Part shown: positions 49,750 to 59,529 of the stretch, in pieces
Numbering within the stretch: position 1 is the first letter of the stretch
Layout: every line of letters begins with the position of its first letter
Assembly: GCA_963714975.1 (NCBI GenBank)
Contig: CAVQQD010000002.1
Location: forward strand, 864,001-928,000
Reading direction: 5' to 3'
Source of the DNA: an uncultured Gammaproteobacteria bacterium
GTDB taxonomy: Bacteria > Pseudomonadota > Gammaproteobacteria > JAURND01
DNA: 64,000 bases
Notes under the pieces: generated by a model
The model's database searches: none
Told to the model about the DNA's origin: nothing
The model's input: only the letters and a program-made list of their open reading frames with translations
Position numbers and translations under genes: made by a program

Positions 49750-50318
49750 AGAACTTATTAATAAGTAAGAATGTGCTCCTAAGCCTATTATTATTAGGCT
49801 CTTTTGCTCTAAGCGGCTGGTTAATCCACCTCTCTTTGCAATCCGAGACTAATAGTCCTAACCACCCCACTACGCCAGATGGTTTTATGACGGAAGCTCA
49901 TTTTACTCAATTTAACCGTCAGGGAGATTGGCAAAATAGTTTTTATGCACCGCAGGTAAGACACTATCGATACAAAAATTCGGCCGAGCTCATGGAGCCA
50001 CGGATAATTTCCCAAGGAAGCGATCAGCTAAAATGGATCATCACCGCACAATCAGGATTTTCTGAAAACGACGGTGCTGTGGTTTATCTCAAAGACAATG
50101 TACAAATAACCCGTTTAAATGAAGCAACCCAGAAAACAACGATTCTTAAGACAGTGGCTATGACTGCTTATCCCCGACGTCAATATTTAACTACCGATCA
50201 ACCCGTAACCATTACTGAGCTAGGAAGTATCATTCATTCCCAAGGGCTTACAGCAGATCTTAATACCGGAGATATTTCCTTGCTGGCTAATGTACGGGGT
50301 ACCTACCAATCAAGTTAA
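49746..50318 (+). CDS. lptC: LPS export protein LptC
   Basis: N-terminal TM helix, beta-jellyroll-like sequence, kdsC-lptC-lptA synteny. Confidence 0.85.
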   Translation: MKNLLISKNVLLSLLLLGSFALSGWLIHLSLQSETNSPNHPTTPDGFMTEAHFTQFNRQGDWQNSFYAPQVRHYRYKNSAELMEPRIISQGSDQLKWIITAQSGFSENDGAVVYLKDNVQITRLNEATQKTTILKTVAMTAYPRRQYLTTDQPVTITELGSIIHSQGLTADLNTGDISLLANVRGTYQSS

Positions 50319-50322
50319 ACTC

Positions 50323-50922
50323 ATGTTATTTAATTCATTTAAAAATTATCCGTCGTCCTGGCATGGATGCCAGGATCCAGATCACAAGGATGTGAGGCTT
50401 TTGCATCCTGCAGGGTGGCGACGCGCCTTCTTTGTATTACTCTCTGTGTTAATCAGCTCTACAGCCATAGGATTGACCAGTGATGAAAAAGAGCCTGCCC
50501 ATTTTGTATCTGAACAATTTATGTTTAATCAGAAGACGGGGGTCACTATTTTTGCCGGAAAAGTAACAATGGATCAGGGGACAACCCGGCTGATTGCCGA
50601 TCAATTGACGATTTATAAAGACCATGAAGGTAAAGTGGAAAAGATTGTGGCGGTGGGACACTTAGCGCAATATAGTACCCTGCCTGACAAAGAAAAAAGA
50701 GTACTTACGGCCAAAGGAGAAAAAATCGAATATTATCCCAAAACTAAAAAAGCCATCATCTTGGGAAAAGGTGTCATTACTCAAGGAGACAATACCTTTA
50801 TGGGCGAGCAAATTCACTATGACATAGCCCAGCAGGCGCTGACCTCTATTCCACTTCCGGGGGGTAGCCAATCCAGCTTAATAATACAGCCCCAAGATCT
50901 GCCAGGAAGTAAAACTGAGTAG
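50323..50922 (+). CDS. lptA: LPS transport periplasmic protein LptA, with a palindromic insertion in its signal peptide
   Basis: ALTSD-like GLTSDEKEP, GKVTMDQG, GEQIHYD; synteny. Confidence 0.87.
   Translation: MLFNSFKNYPSSWHGCQDPDHKDVRLLHPAGWRRAFFVLLSVLISSTAIGLTSDEKEPAHFVSEQFMFNQKTGVTIFAGKVTMDQGTTRLIADQLTIYKDHEGKVEKIVAVGHLAQYSTLPDKEKRVLTAKGEKIEYYPKTKKAIILGKGVITQGDNTFMGEQIHYDIAQQALTSIPLPGGSQSSLIIQPQDLPGSKTE
50351..50423. repeat. Family-C palindromic element inside lptA
   Basis: cgtcg...cgacg termini, hairpin tcctggcat/atgccagga; resembles 23070-23163. Confidence 0.75.
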
Positions 50923-50928
50923 AAATCC

Positions 50929-51654
50929 ATGCGTACATTACGAGCTAATAATTTAGGTAAAAAATATAAGAAACGGCAAGTAGTTAAAAATGTGAGTATC
51001 CACTTAGATAGCGGAGAAGTGGTGGGTCTCTTAGGCCCTAATGGCGCTGGCAAAACTACGAGCTTTTATATGTTAGTTGGTTTGATTCCTTGTGATGCCG
51101 GCAGGGTACTGCTCGATGAACAGGATATCACGCATTTTCCCGTGCACCAGCGAGCGCGGTCTGGTATTGGCTATTTACCACAGGAATCTTCAATATTTCG
51201 CAAACTGAGTGTGGCACAAAATATTTTAGCGGTTTTACAACTTAGGAAGAACTTGAGTTCTCAGCAACGACTCGCGATTGTGCAAAATTTAATGCAAGAA
51301 TTTCACATTGCTCACCTTAAAGACAGTATAGGCTATACACTTTCAGGAGGAGAAAGACGTCGCGTAGAAATTGCGCGTGCCTTAGCAATGGACCCTAATT
51401 TTATTTTGCTCGATGAGCCTTTTGCTGGAATCGATCCTATTTCTGTGATCGATATTAAACGCATTATCTTGCATTTACGAGATAGAGGAATTGGCATTTT
51501 GATTACTGATCATAATGTACGTGAAACTCTCGATATTTGTCAGCGTGCTTATATTGTTAATGAAGGAGAAATTATTGCTCAAGGGCCTCCTCAGACTATC
51601 TTAGCGAATAAGCTGGTCAGAGAGGTGTATCTTGGACATGAGTTTGATTTATGA
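50929..51654 (+). CDS. lptB: LPS export ABC ATPase LptB
   Basis: [34 protein letters not shown]. Confidence 0.97.
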   Translation: MRTLRANNLGKKYKKRQVVKNVSIHLDSGEVVGLLGPNGAGKTTSFYMLVGLIPCDAGRVLLDEQDITHFPVHQRARSGIGYLPQESSIFRKLSVAQNILAVLQLRKNLSSQQRLAIVQNLMQEFHIAHLKDSIGYTLSGGERRRVEIARALAMDPNFILLDEPFAGIDPISVIDIKRIILHLRDRGIGILITDHNVRETLDICQRAYIVNEGEIIAQGPPQTILANKLVREVYLGHEFDL

Positions 51655-51668
51655 GGGAGAGGGGTAAT

Positions 51669-52136
51669 ATGTTGCAACATGGCGTGTTTATGAATATTTT
51701 TAATGTGGGAACTCTACTCACTGGTAACAGCGGGACAGGTAAAAGTGAATTGGCCTTGGCTTTGATTGCACGTGGGCACCAACTCATTGCAGATGATGCT
51801 CCTGAATTTTTTATCGATAACAATAAAATTATCGGTCATGCGCCGGCGCCAATAAAACACTTATTAGAAATTCGCGGCATTGGTGCTTTTAATATTTTAG
51901 AGCTTTACGGAACGACTGCCGTTGCTGAAAAAAATTATTTGTCTTTAATTATTCATTTGCAAAAAACCGAAAATTTAACCAGGGATATTACTCGTGCCCC
52001 CATAAAAAAAACACTATTTTTAAGTACCTGGATTTCACAAATAATCCTGCCTTTTGTGGACAATCGCCGTTTTGAGGTAATAGTAGAAACCCTTGTGCGG
52101 TATTATCGCAGCGGGAATAGCTGTCAACCTATATAG
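51669..52136 (+). CDS. hprK: HPr kinase/phosphorylase, catalytic domain only
   Basis: HGVFM, GNSGTGKSELALAL, GHQLIADD, LEIRGIG. Confidence 0.85.
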   Translation: MLQHGVFMNIFNVGTLLTGNSGTGKSELALALIARGHQLIADDAPEFFIDNNKIIGHAPAPIKHLLEIRGIGAFNILELYGTTAVAEKNYLSLIIHLQKTENLTRDITRAPIKKTLFLSTWISQIILPFVDNRRFEVIVETLVRYYRSGNSCQPI

Positions 52137-52152
52137 GATATAAACTGCAACA

Positions 52153-52560
52153 ATGAGCGTTAGCATTTTAATTATTAGTCATAATGAAATTGGGTCTGCC
52201 CTACTGAATACAGTAAAGCAAACTTTTGGGAGTGAATTACCCTTGCGTATAGCCACTGTGGAGTTAAGGCCCGATGTTGATCCTGAACACTTGATCACAA
52301 AGTTAAAAAATGTAGTAAAAGCTCTAGATCAGGGAGATGGAGTGTTAATTTTAACCGATTTATTTGGCTCGACTCCCAGCAATGTAGCGCAAAAAATTCA
52401 AGACTACAAAAACATTCGCATTGTCAGTGGACTTAATCTGCCCATGCTAATTCGTGTCATGAATTATCCAAAAAGCAGCTTGATAGAATTGGTAGAAAAA
52501 GCACGTACCGGCGGGCAAAGCGGTATTATCGAATGTGAACAAAAAGATGAAGAGGATTAA
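52153..52560 (+). CDS. PTS EIIA, mannose/fructose type
   Basis: IISH, GVLILTDLFGSTPSN, GLNLPML. Confidence 0.9.
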   Translation: MSVSILIISHNEIGSALLNTVKQTFGSELPLRIATVELRPDVDPEHLITKLKNVVKALDQGDGVLILTDLFGSTPSNVAQKIQDYKNIRIVSGLNLPMLIRVMNYPKSSLIELVEKARTGGQSGIIECEQKDEED

Positions 52561-52561
52561 C

Positions 52562-52831
52562 GTGATACGCAGAAAAATAGTTATTAATAATAAATTAGGG
52601 TTACATGCACGTGCTGCTGCTAAATTAGTGCATTTATCGAGTCGTTTTGCTAGCGACATTCATCTTCTTAAAGATAACCAAGTGGTCAATGGCAAAAGTA
52701 TTATGGGTGTTATGATGCTTGCAGCCAGCAAAGGCATGGAGCTAGAACTGATGGTTTCTGGAGAAGATGAAATTGCTGCTATCGAAGCTCTAGAAAGGCT
52801 TATTCAGGAACGTTTTGGGGAAGAGGAATAG
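52562..52831 (+). CDS. ptsH: Phosphocarrier protein HPr/NPr
   Basis: NKLGLHARAAAK, NGKSIMGVMMLAA; GAGGA RBS before GTG. Confidence 0.9.
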   Translation: MIRRKIVINNKLGLHARAAAKLVHLSSRFASDIHLLKDNQVVNGKSIMGVMMLAASKGMELELMVSGEDEIAAIEALERLIQERFGEEE

Positions 52832-52839
52832 AATCGCGC

Positions 52840-54138
52840 TTAGTCCAACAAAAATCCTTTATAATCGCCGGTTAATTTATCTAAACTTAATCGATTTAAA
52901 AATAAAGAATAAGTCATCCAGGCGGTTAACGCCGCTAAATCTTTAAATTGCGGTGGCAAATGTTTAGGAGGTAAAACGATTCCTTCCTCAATTAAATCTG
53001 ACAAGATATGTAAATCTTCCAGGGTAGTTTTTCCTACAAACAATAGCGGGATTTGTTTTTGCAACCCCTTTTTAATTGCCAAACGAATGTAATTATAAAT
53101 GAGAACAAAACCCTTACTATAGGCTAAATCTTTAGTAAATGGTCCTTGATTAGGTAAGCTTCCGCGAAATATGCGTAAAGCGCCATTATAGGATTCTTCT
53201 TCACGAAAACCTAATTCTCGATAAAAATTAAAAATATCCAAAAAATTAGCACCCTGCTCAACCATATCAATAGACGTCACCCTTTGGGTTAAGCGCTTAA
53301 CGCGTTGCGGATAGGAAGAAAAAGTAAAAATCTCCATGATAATCGCCAAGCCTTCCTGATTAATCGTCGAAGAAGGTGGGCCTTTGCTGAGAAAAGTGCA
53401 AATTGGCTGAGCCAAACCATTCAAAGTGGTGCCGACGTGGACCCAACCTTCGTGTACTTCGAAAACCCGAATCTCACGCTCACTAAACATAGCATCTTTG
53501 CGTAAACGAATGGATTCAGCTCCTGCAGCTGCATCAGCCAAAATTTCATCGCTGATGGTGACACGTAATTGGGCGCCTTCATCATGGAAATAACGCGCTA
53601 GACGCTCATTAAGAATGCGAACTGCTTCTTCACTAGTAAAACGTTTTTCGTCCAAGATATCAGGATCGTGAGGCTTAATCTTGGATAATGTCGCACTTAC
53701 TAACTCTGCAAGATCACGTAGTGTGGGAGCTCCGGCATAAAAGGCGTCCTGTGCGCTTCCATATAGTTCTTGAGAAATCTTGGAAAATTCCGCTTGTCCC
53801 CGCGCCTCTAGTAATCGTACGACTTCACGATACTCACGACAAATTCGCAGCATGATATTGGCAACTCCACTAAATTGCCCAAGATATTTACGAATATCGC
53901 GTTCGATGGCATAAAATTCTTCTTTTTTTTTCTCAGGGTCAAAAGGCAAAGGATTTTTTTGATACATTTCACGAGAGACTTCAGGTAGTTCCTTGTGTTT
54001 TTTCTCAAAAAATCTCCGCTGAACTTCAACAGGCCACTTGAGGGTATTTAAGATCCGAATAGGTTTTTGCGCTTCCACTATGCGTTCTGACAAGGTATGT
54101 AACGTCTGCTGATAAGGCGTTAAATTTTTTAACTGCAT
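52840..54138 (-). CDS. Flavohemoglobin expression-modulating QEGLA-motif (DUF1704-like) protein
   Basis: HEGWVH, QEGLA, FTKDLAY..G motifs. Confidence 0.88.
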   Translation of the reverse strand: MQLKNLTPYQQTLHTLSERIVEAQKPIRILNTLKWPVEVQRRFFEKKHKELPEVSREMYQKNPLPFDPEKKKEEFYAIERDIRKYLGQFSGVANIMLRICREYREVVRLLEARGQAEFSKISQELYGSAQDAFYAGAPTLRDLAELVSATLSKIKPHDPDILDEKRFTSEEAVRILNERLARYFHDEGAQLRVTISDEILADAAAGAESIRLRKDAMFSEREIRVFEVHEGWVHVGTTLNGLAQPICTFLSKGPPSSTINQEGLAIIMEIFTFSSYPQRVKRLTQRVTSIDMVEQGANFLDIFNFYRELGFREEESYNGALRIFRGSLPNQGPFTKDLAYSKGFVLIYNYIRLAIKKGLQKQIPLLFVGKTTLEDLHILSDLIEEGIVLPPKHLPPQFKDLAALTAWMTYSLFLNRLSLDKLTGDYKGFLLD

Positions 54139-54240
54139 TGGGCTACTCCAATTTCTTTCAGTATAGCACGCAGTTCTTTTCTTGCGACAAACAAACCGCT
54201 ACACTTTGTGGGTACGTGGGGAAAATACAAGGAAGATCCT

Positions 54241-55611
54241 ATGAGCATTCAAACTATCAATCCTGCCACTGGCCAGGTAATCGAGTCTTACCGCACATTT
54301 CCTAGGCAAGAGGCGCTTGCTATTCTGGAACAAAGCCATCAAGCCCAGCAAGAGTGGCGCAATCAGTCTTTTCAGCAACGTGCAGATAAGCTGCGCGAAA
54401 TGGCGCAATTTTTACGCGCTCGCAAAACCCTTTATGCTGAATTAATTAGCAGAGAAATGGGAAAACCCATTACGGCGGCCAGCAAAGAGGTTGAAAAATG
54501 CGCGTGGGTATGTGACTTCTATGCAGATTCAGCAGAGCAATTTTTAGCGCCCCGCTTAGTTGCTACGGAAATGCATAAGAGCTATGTCATGTACCAACCC
54601 TTAGGGGTCATTTTTGCCATCATGCCCTGGAATTTTCCTTTCTGGCAGGTATTTCGTTTTGCTGCGGCTAATCTAATGGCTGGCAATACCATCGTGTTAA
54701 AACATGCCGATATTTCAACTGGCGCAGGTCTAGCCATCGAGGAATTATGCAAAGATGTGGAACTACCGGCTGATGTGTTTCGCACTTTAGTCATTACTCA
54801 TGACGTTGCGGCTGAAGTTATCCGCCACCCGCTAGTACGAGGTGTGACTCTCACTGGTAGTGTCCAAGCTGGTGCGATTGTGGGGTGTGAAGCAGCCAAA
54901 GCAACGAAAAAAGTAGTATTAGAGCTTGGTGGCAGTGACCCTTATCTCGTGTTCAGTGATGCCGATTTAGATCAGGCAGCAGAAGCTTGCGTACTCTCCA
55001 GGCTCAGTAATTCTGGGCAAGTTTGTCTTGCAGCGAAACGTATTATTATTGTAGAGGCTGTTTATGAAGAATTTGAACAGTTGGTCTTAGAAAAGTTAAC
55101 CCAGTTTAAAATGGGTAGGCCTTTAGATCCTGAAACTAATTTAGGACCATTAGCACGAGCGGATTTACGCGAAAAAGTTCAGCAACAGGTCCAAGCCTGC
55201 CTTGCCCAAGGGGCTAGTTTATTACACGGGGGAGAAATCCCCGCCGGCCCGGGATTTTACTATCCTCCTACCGTATTAACTCATATTAAACCCGGGATGC
55301 CCGCTTGGAATGAGGAAATATTTGGTCCGGTAATTGCACTTATTAAGGCCGCTGATGAAGACGAAGCTGTGAACATCGCCAACAGTACTGCTTTTGGTTT
55401 GGCAGCCGCTCTTTTTACCCGCAATATCGAACATGGCGAGCAAATTGCCTGCAATAAAATCCAAGCCGGGACCTGTTATATTAATCAATTAGTTTCCTCT
55501 GACCCACGTCTACCCTTTGGTGGCATTAAAAATTCAGGATATGGACGGGAGCTTGGTGAGGAAGGAATCCGAGAATTTATGAATATCAAAACGATTGGAA
55601 TCAGTGTGTAG
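54241..55611 (+). CDS. NAD(P)-dependent succinate-semialdehyde dehydrogenase
   Basis: INPATG, IMPWNFPFWQVFR, LELGGSDP, GQVC, EEIFGPV, PFGGIKNSGYGREL. Confidence 0.92.
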   Translation: MSIQTINPATGQVIESYRTFPRQEALAILEQSHQAQQEWRNQSFQQRADKLREMAQFLRARKTLYAELISREMGKPITAASKEVEKCAWVCDFYADSAEQFLAPRLVATEMHKSYVMYQPLGVIFAIMPWNFPFWQVFRFAAANLMAGNTIVLKHADISTGAGLAIEELCKDVELPADVFRTLVITHDVAAEVIRHPLVRGVTLTGSVQAGAIVGCEAAKATKKVVLELGGSDPYLVFSDADLDQAAEACVLSRLSNSGQVCLAAKRIIIVEAVYEEFEQLVLEKLTQFKMGRPLDPETNLGPLARADLREKVQQQVQACLAQGASLLHGGEIPAGPGFYYPPTVLTHIKPGMPAWNEEIFGPVIALIKAADEDEAVNIANSTAFGLAAALFTRNIEHGEQIACNKIQAGTCYINQLVSSDPRLPFGGIKNSGYGRELGEEGIREFMNIKTIGISV

Positions 55612-55621
55612 TGGAGGAAAT

Positions 55622-56197
55622 ATGGAAGCAGCTTTCAACCCAGGGGATTTGTTACTGATCGTAGATCCACAAATTGATTTTATGCCACAAGGAGCCTTAG
55701 CGGTTCCTCATGGCGATAGGATCATTCCAGTCGTGAATGAGTGGATTAAAGCCGCACAAAAAGCCCATATTCCCATCGCTATTTCACGCGATTGGCATCC
55801 AACCAATCATATTAGTTTTCAACCCCAAGGCGGCCCTTGGCCAGTACACTGCGTGCGCGACACCCCGGGTGCGGCCTTTCATCCTGATCTGTTAATTCCC
55901 CCGAATACCATCATCATCGACAAGGCTATTCTCGCTAATCAAGAGGCCTACTCGGCTTTTGAAGGAATTATTCATGATACTGGCATGGCCATGCCAGAAA
56001 AATTGCGCCAGCTTGGAATTCAGCGGGTCTGGATCGCAGGCTTAACCCTGGATTACTGCGTTTATCATAGCGCTGAAAGCGCACATCAATTAGGGTTTGA
56101 ATTCAACGTCATACTCGATGGCTGTCGCGCTATTGATCCAAAAAACACCCCTCACCTCATCGAAAAGTTTCAACAGTGGGGAGTGACTTTAATATAA
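55622..56197 (+). CDS. pncA: Nicotinamidase/pyrazinamidase
   Basis: VDPQIDF, RDWHP..H.SF, WPVHCV, YSAF, LDYCV. Confidence 0.9.
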   Translation: MEAAFNPGDLLLIVDPQIDFMPQGALAVPHGDRIIPVVNEWIKAAQKAHIPIAISRDWHPTNHISFQPQGGPWPVHCVRDTPGAAFHPDLLIPPNTIIIDKAILANQEAYSAFEGIIHDTGMAMPEKLRQLGIQRVWIAGLTLDYCVYHSAESAHQLGFEFNVILDGCRAIDPKNTPHLIEKFQQWGVTLI

Positions 56198-56223
56198 ACT
56201 TCAGCAATAATAGCTACCTTGCA

Positions 56224-56298
56224 GGGCGATTAGCTCAGCGGGAGAGCACTGCCTTCACACGGCAGGGGTCAGTGGTTCGATCCCACTATCGCCCACCA
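56224..56298 (+). tRNA. tRNA-Val(CAC)
   Basis: GGGCGAT acceptor stem, CTGCC-TTCACAC-GGCAG arm, GGTTCGATCCC, CCA. Confidence 0.95.
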
Positions 56299-56344
56299 AT
56301 TTGTCCCTGGGCTCATGCCCAGGGCTAGCAGGAAAACAGATATC

Positions 56345-57371
56345 ATGCGCGTTTTAATAGTAAAACTCACGTCGATGGGTGATTTAATTCAGGCCTTGCC
56401 CGCTTTAACAGATGCTGCTAACGCAATTCCAGAGATTGAATTTGATTGGGTCGTCGATGAAGCTTTTGCAGAGCTTCCCTTACTTCATCCTAATGTAAAA
56501 AACGTCATTAAAAGCGCTCATCGTCGCTGGCGCAAGTCCAAATGGCATACACTGAAAAGTGGTGAGTTATGGCGTTTTTTCAAGGAATTACGCTTAAATC
56601 GTTATGATCTGGTCATCGATGCGCAAAATAACCTCAAAAGTGCCTGCGTAACGCGTTTGGCACGGGGCACGCGCTGTGGAATGGATAAAGCCAGCGTACG
56701 AGAACGAGGTGCACATCTCGCCTATCAAAAGACCTTCGCCATTCCAGGAAACAGAGAGCAACATGCCATTACCCGTATCCGTTCCTTATTTTCTGCAGTA
56801 CTGGGCTATCCCCTACCCCAAACGCCTCCTGAGCATAATATAGATCTATTCTAAAATTCCTAACTTGAATTTAAATTTGCCGCAACCTTATTTAGTATTT
56901 ACTCATAGCACTACCTGGAGCAATAAACACTGGCCTGAACGCTATTGGAAAGAACTAATTACTTTAGCTGTTCAGGCAGGATACCACGTAGTGCTCCCCT
57001 GGGGAGGGCAACATGAACTGGAACGATCAGAACGTCTGGCAGAGAATACTGGGAAAGTCATTGTGTTACCCCGGCTGCGCATTACAGAACAAGCGCGAGT
57101 CATGCTTGATGCTGCCGCTGTGTTTACCCTCGACACCGGGCTTGGCCACCTGGCCGCAGGAATTAATGCCACTGGCATTCACCTTTACGGCCCTACGGAT
57201 AGCAATTTATTAGGGGTCTTCACTTCCAAGCAACGCTATTTGGCAGCTGAATATCCTTGTGCCCCTTGCTACTTACGCCAATGTAAGTTTGGGCCCGAAG
57301 CTGAATGCTTGGTTAGACAACTGCCCCCTGCTGTTGTATGGCAAAGTTATCAAGCATTAGTCAGCGGCTAA
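56345..57371 (+). CDS. waaC: LPS heptosyltransferase I; one apparent frameshift near 56846
   Basis: MRVLIVKLTSMGD, IDAQ, KHWPE..W, LPWG, DTGLGHLA, LYGPT; one-base correction gives IDYSKIPNLNL. Confidence 0.88.
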
Positions 57372-57556
57372 AACCCTCTTTTTCCTGCAGAATATGCCCC
57401 ATCGCGTGCTCAGGATGGTGTCCAGGGTTTAGTATTTATTTCGTTAATTCCCTAGGTGTCCTCTCTGAAATTTAGTCTTTAACTAAATTATTTTACGCAA
57501 GATGTAGCTTTTTTTGTATTTACTAGTTCCTAAAATCCTTATTTAATGTTAGGATT

Positions 57557-58252
57557 ATGGAAAACAAGCAAATAAGACTAATCAACTTGCGAAAGCTACT
57601 TAAAGAGGCTAAATCAGCAGCCTCTTTGGCTACTGCCGCCAATACAAGTCCGGCTTATTTAAGTCAAATTTTGAGCCAAAAGACCAAAGGGAAAATTGGC
57701 GATAAGCTTGCTAGAAAATTGGAAGAGGCTCTTGGTAAGCCAAAGGGTTGGTTGGATTCTTTACATGAAAATGAAGAGGTGCATCCATCTACTAGTAAAA
57801 TTATTCCTATCATTGAAATAGATAAGGTTGTGCAATGGTGTGGAGAGAGAAAAGGGATAGTAAAAAAAGCAATGAACCCCACTGCCATAACTCATGAAAA
57901 GGAAAATAAAGATATTTTCTGCATCGAAATGCAAGGCGATGCCATGATTTCAGCGCTAAACATTGCCTCCAGTATCTGCCCAGGCGACAAGGTGATCATT
58001 GATGCTAAAATTGAGGCCACTTCAGGCGATATTGTATTAGTCAAAATAAATGATTCCATAAAAATAAGGCAATTGGCTAAGGATGGTAACGAGCTCATCC
58101 TACAACCCTTTAATCCGCAATATCCCATTATCCCTTTTACTGATGATATCGAAGTCTTAGGCGTGGTTGCAGAAATTCGCAGGTTTATGCATAAAAGTAA
58201 ACGCGCTCACCCTGTTACTCACGCTTCCAGTTGCGAGCCCCTTTCCCCATAA
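57557..58252 (+). CDS. Phage-repressor-like HTH plus S24 (LexA/CI) domain protein
   Basis: SPAYLSQI...IGDKLARKLEEALGKPKGWLD; GDAM, GDIV, LQPFNPQYP, LGVV. Confidence 0.85.
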   Translation: MENKQIRLINLRKLLKEAKSAASLATAANTSPAYLSQILSQKTKGKIGDKLARKLEEALGKPKGWLDSLHENEEVHPSTSKIIPIIEIDKVVQWCGERKGIVKKAMNPTAITHEKENKDIFCIEMQGDAMISALNIASSICPGDKVIIDAKIEATSGDIVLVKINDSIKIRQLAKDGNELILQPFNPQYPIIPFTDDIEVLGVVAEIRRFMHKSKRAHPVTHASSCEPLSP

Positions 58253-58324
58253 TCCCCAAACTCTGCCTCATATCCCCTGCTATAATTACTGTAGGAGAAG
58301 CTTCAATGGATAGGAGGGTGTTTT

Positions 58325-59529
58325 ATGAAAATTTGGTCTTTAAAAGCCTTATCATTAGCGTTGGCGATGGTAGGAGGTTTGGTGGCAATACCTGGGTTGG
58401 CAAGTGCCCAGTACGTGGGGTATTATCCACCCTATCCACTGGATGCACCTTATAACTATTGTAATTATTATCCTAATAATTCTTATAATTACTATTACAA
58501 TGAAAATTGCTATTATCCTTATGCTTATTTAAATTTCTATACTCCAAGCATATATTTTTTCCGTTTGCTTTTATTAATGTAGAAACTCAAGAAGAAGAAA
58601 ATATGAATAATTTCTATTACCACCCTTATTATCCCAATAATCATCCATACTATCACCCCTATTATCCGGGGGTATCATCCCTATTATCCCGGGGGTATCA
58701 GCCATATTATCCAGGCTATCACCCTTATTATCCAGGGTATAATCCTTATCACCCGTATTATAATAACACGTACCCTAACTCTCATTATAACAATCAAGGT
58801 CCTGAAGGAATGCATAATGGAATGGGTCAACCGGGGATGGGTCAACCTGGAATGGGTGGACCGGGAGCTCCACCTGCTAATGTAGGAGGAGGTCCGCCGC
58901 ATGGGACTCCTCCGGGCGGTCCTGGCGCCCCCCCAGGTGGTCCTCCTGGCGGTCTTCCCGGAGCTAATCCGCATGGCGGTCCTCCCGGTGGTCCTTCTGG
59001 AGCTACTCAGCATGGTAGCCCTCCTGGAACTGCCCCACAGGGGACTCCTCCTGGTGGTCCTGGAGCTGCTCAACATGGAGCTCCTCCTGCAACTACCCAT
59101 CAGGCGCCTCAAGGAATGCATAATGCTACGCCTCCAGCACATCATAATGGTGGCGCTCCTCCGGCTGCTCCTTTTCACAGGGAAAATATGGGTGGATTCG
59201 GGCATGGCAGGGAAGGTGCATTCCGTCCTGAAGATGGCTTTCATCCTCAAGGGGGCTTCCATGGGGGTGTGGGTGGTGGTCATAGAATAAGCTTTCCGAG
59301 TCAGCATAATATAAGTCCAATGCCTGGCCGAGCTCCGATGGCGCAACCAATGAATCCACAATCTTCATTCCAAGGGGTAAGCCATGGCATGAGTCCATTT
59401 GCGGCCCCGTCTATGCCTATGGGTGGCCATGAGGGTGGCTTTATGGGCAGTCCCGGTAGCGGCGGTGGTGGCTTCCACGGAGGTTTTGGTGGAAGCTTCC
59501 ATGGCGGGGGGGGTGGTGGACGACGCTAA
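58325..59529 (+). CDS. Secreted low-complexity Tyr/Asn/Pro/Gly/His-rich protein; frameshift near 58560
   Basis: AGGAGG RBS, signal peptide ending LASA, YHPYYPG repeats, PPGG repeats, GGFHGG tail. Confidence 0.75.

Noticed and set aside
57557-58252. Prophage marked by the CI-like repressor
   Set aside because: Flanked by waaC and xseA, with no Cro, integrase, replication or structural genes.
58684-59398. Long alternative-frame and antisense ORFs over the Gly/Pro-rich gene
   Set aside because: Expected from GC-rich, low-complexity codons that lack stops.
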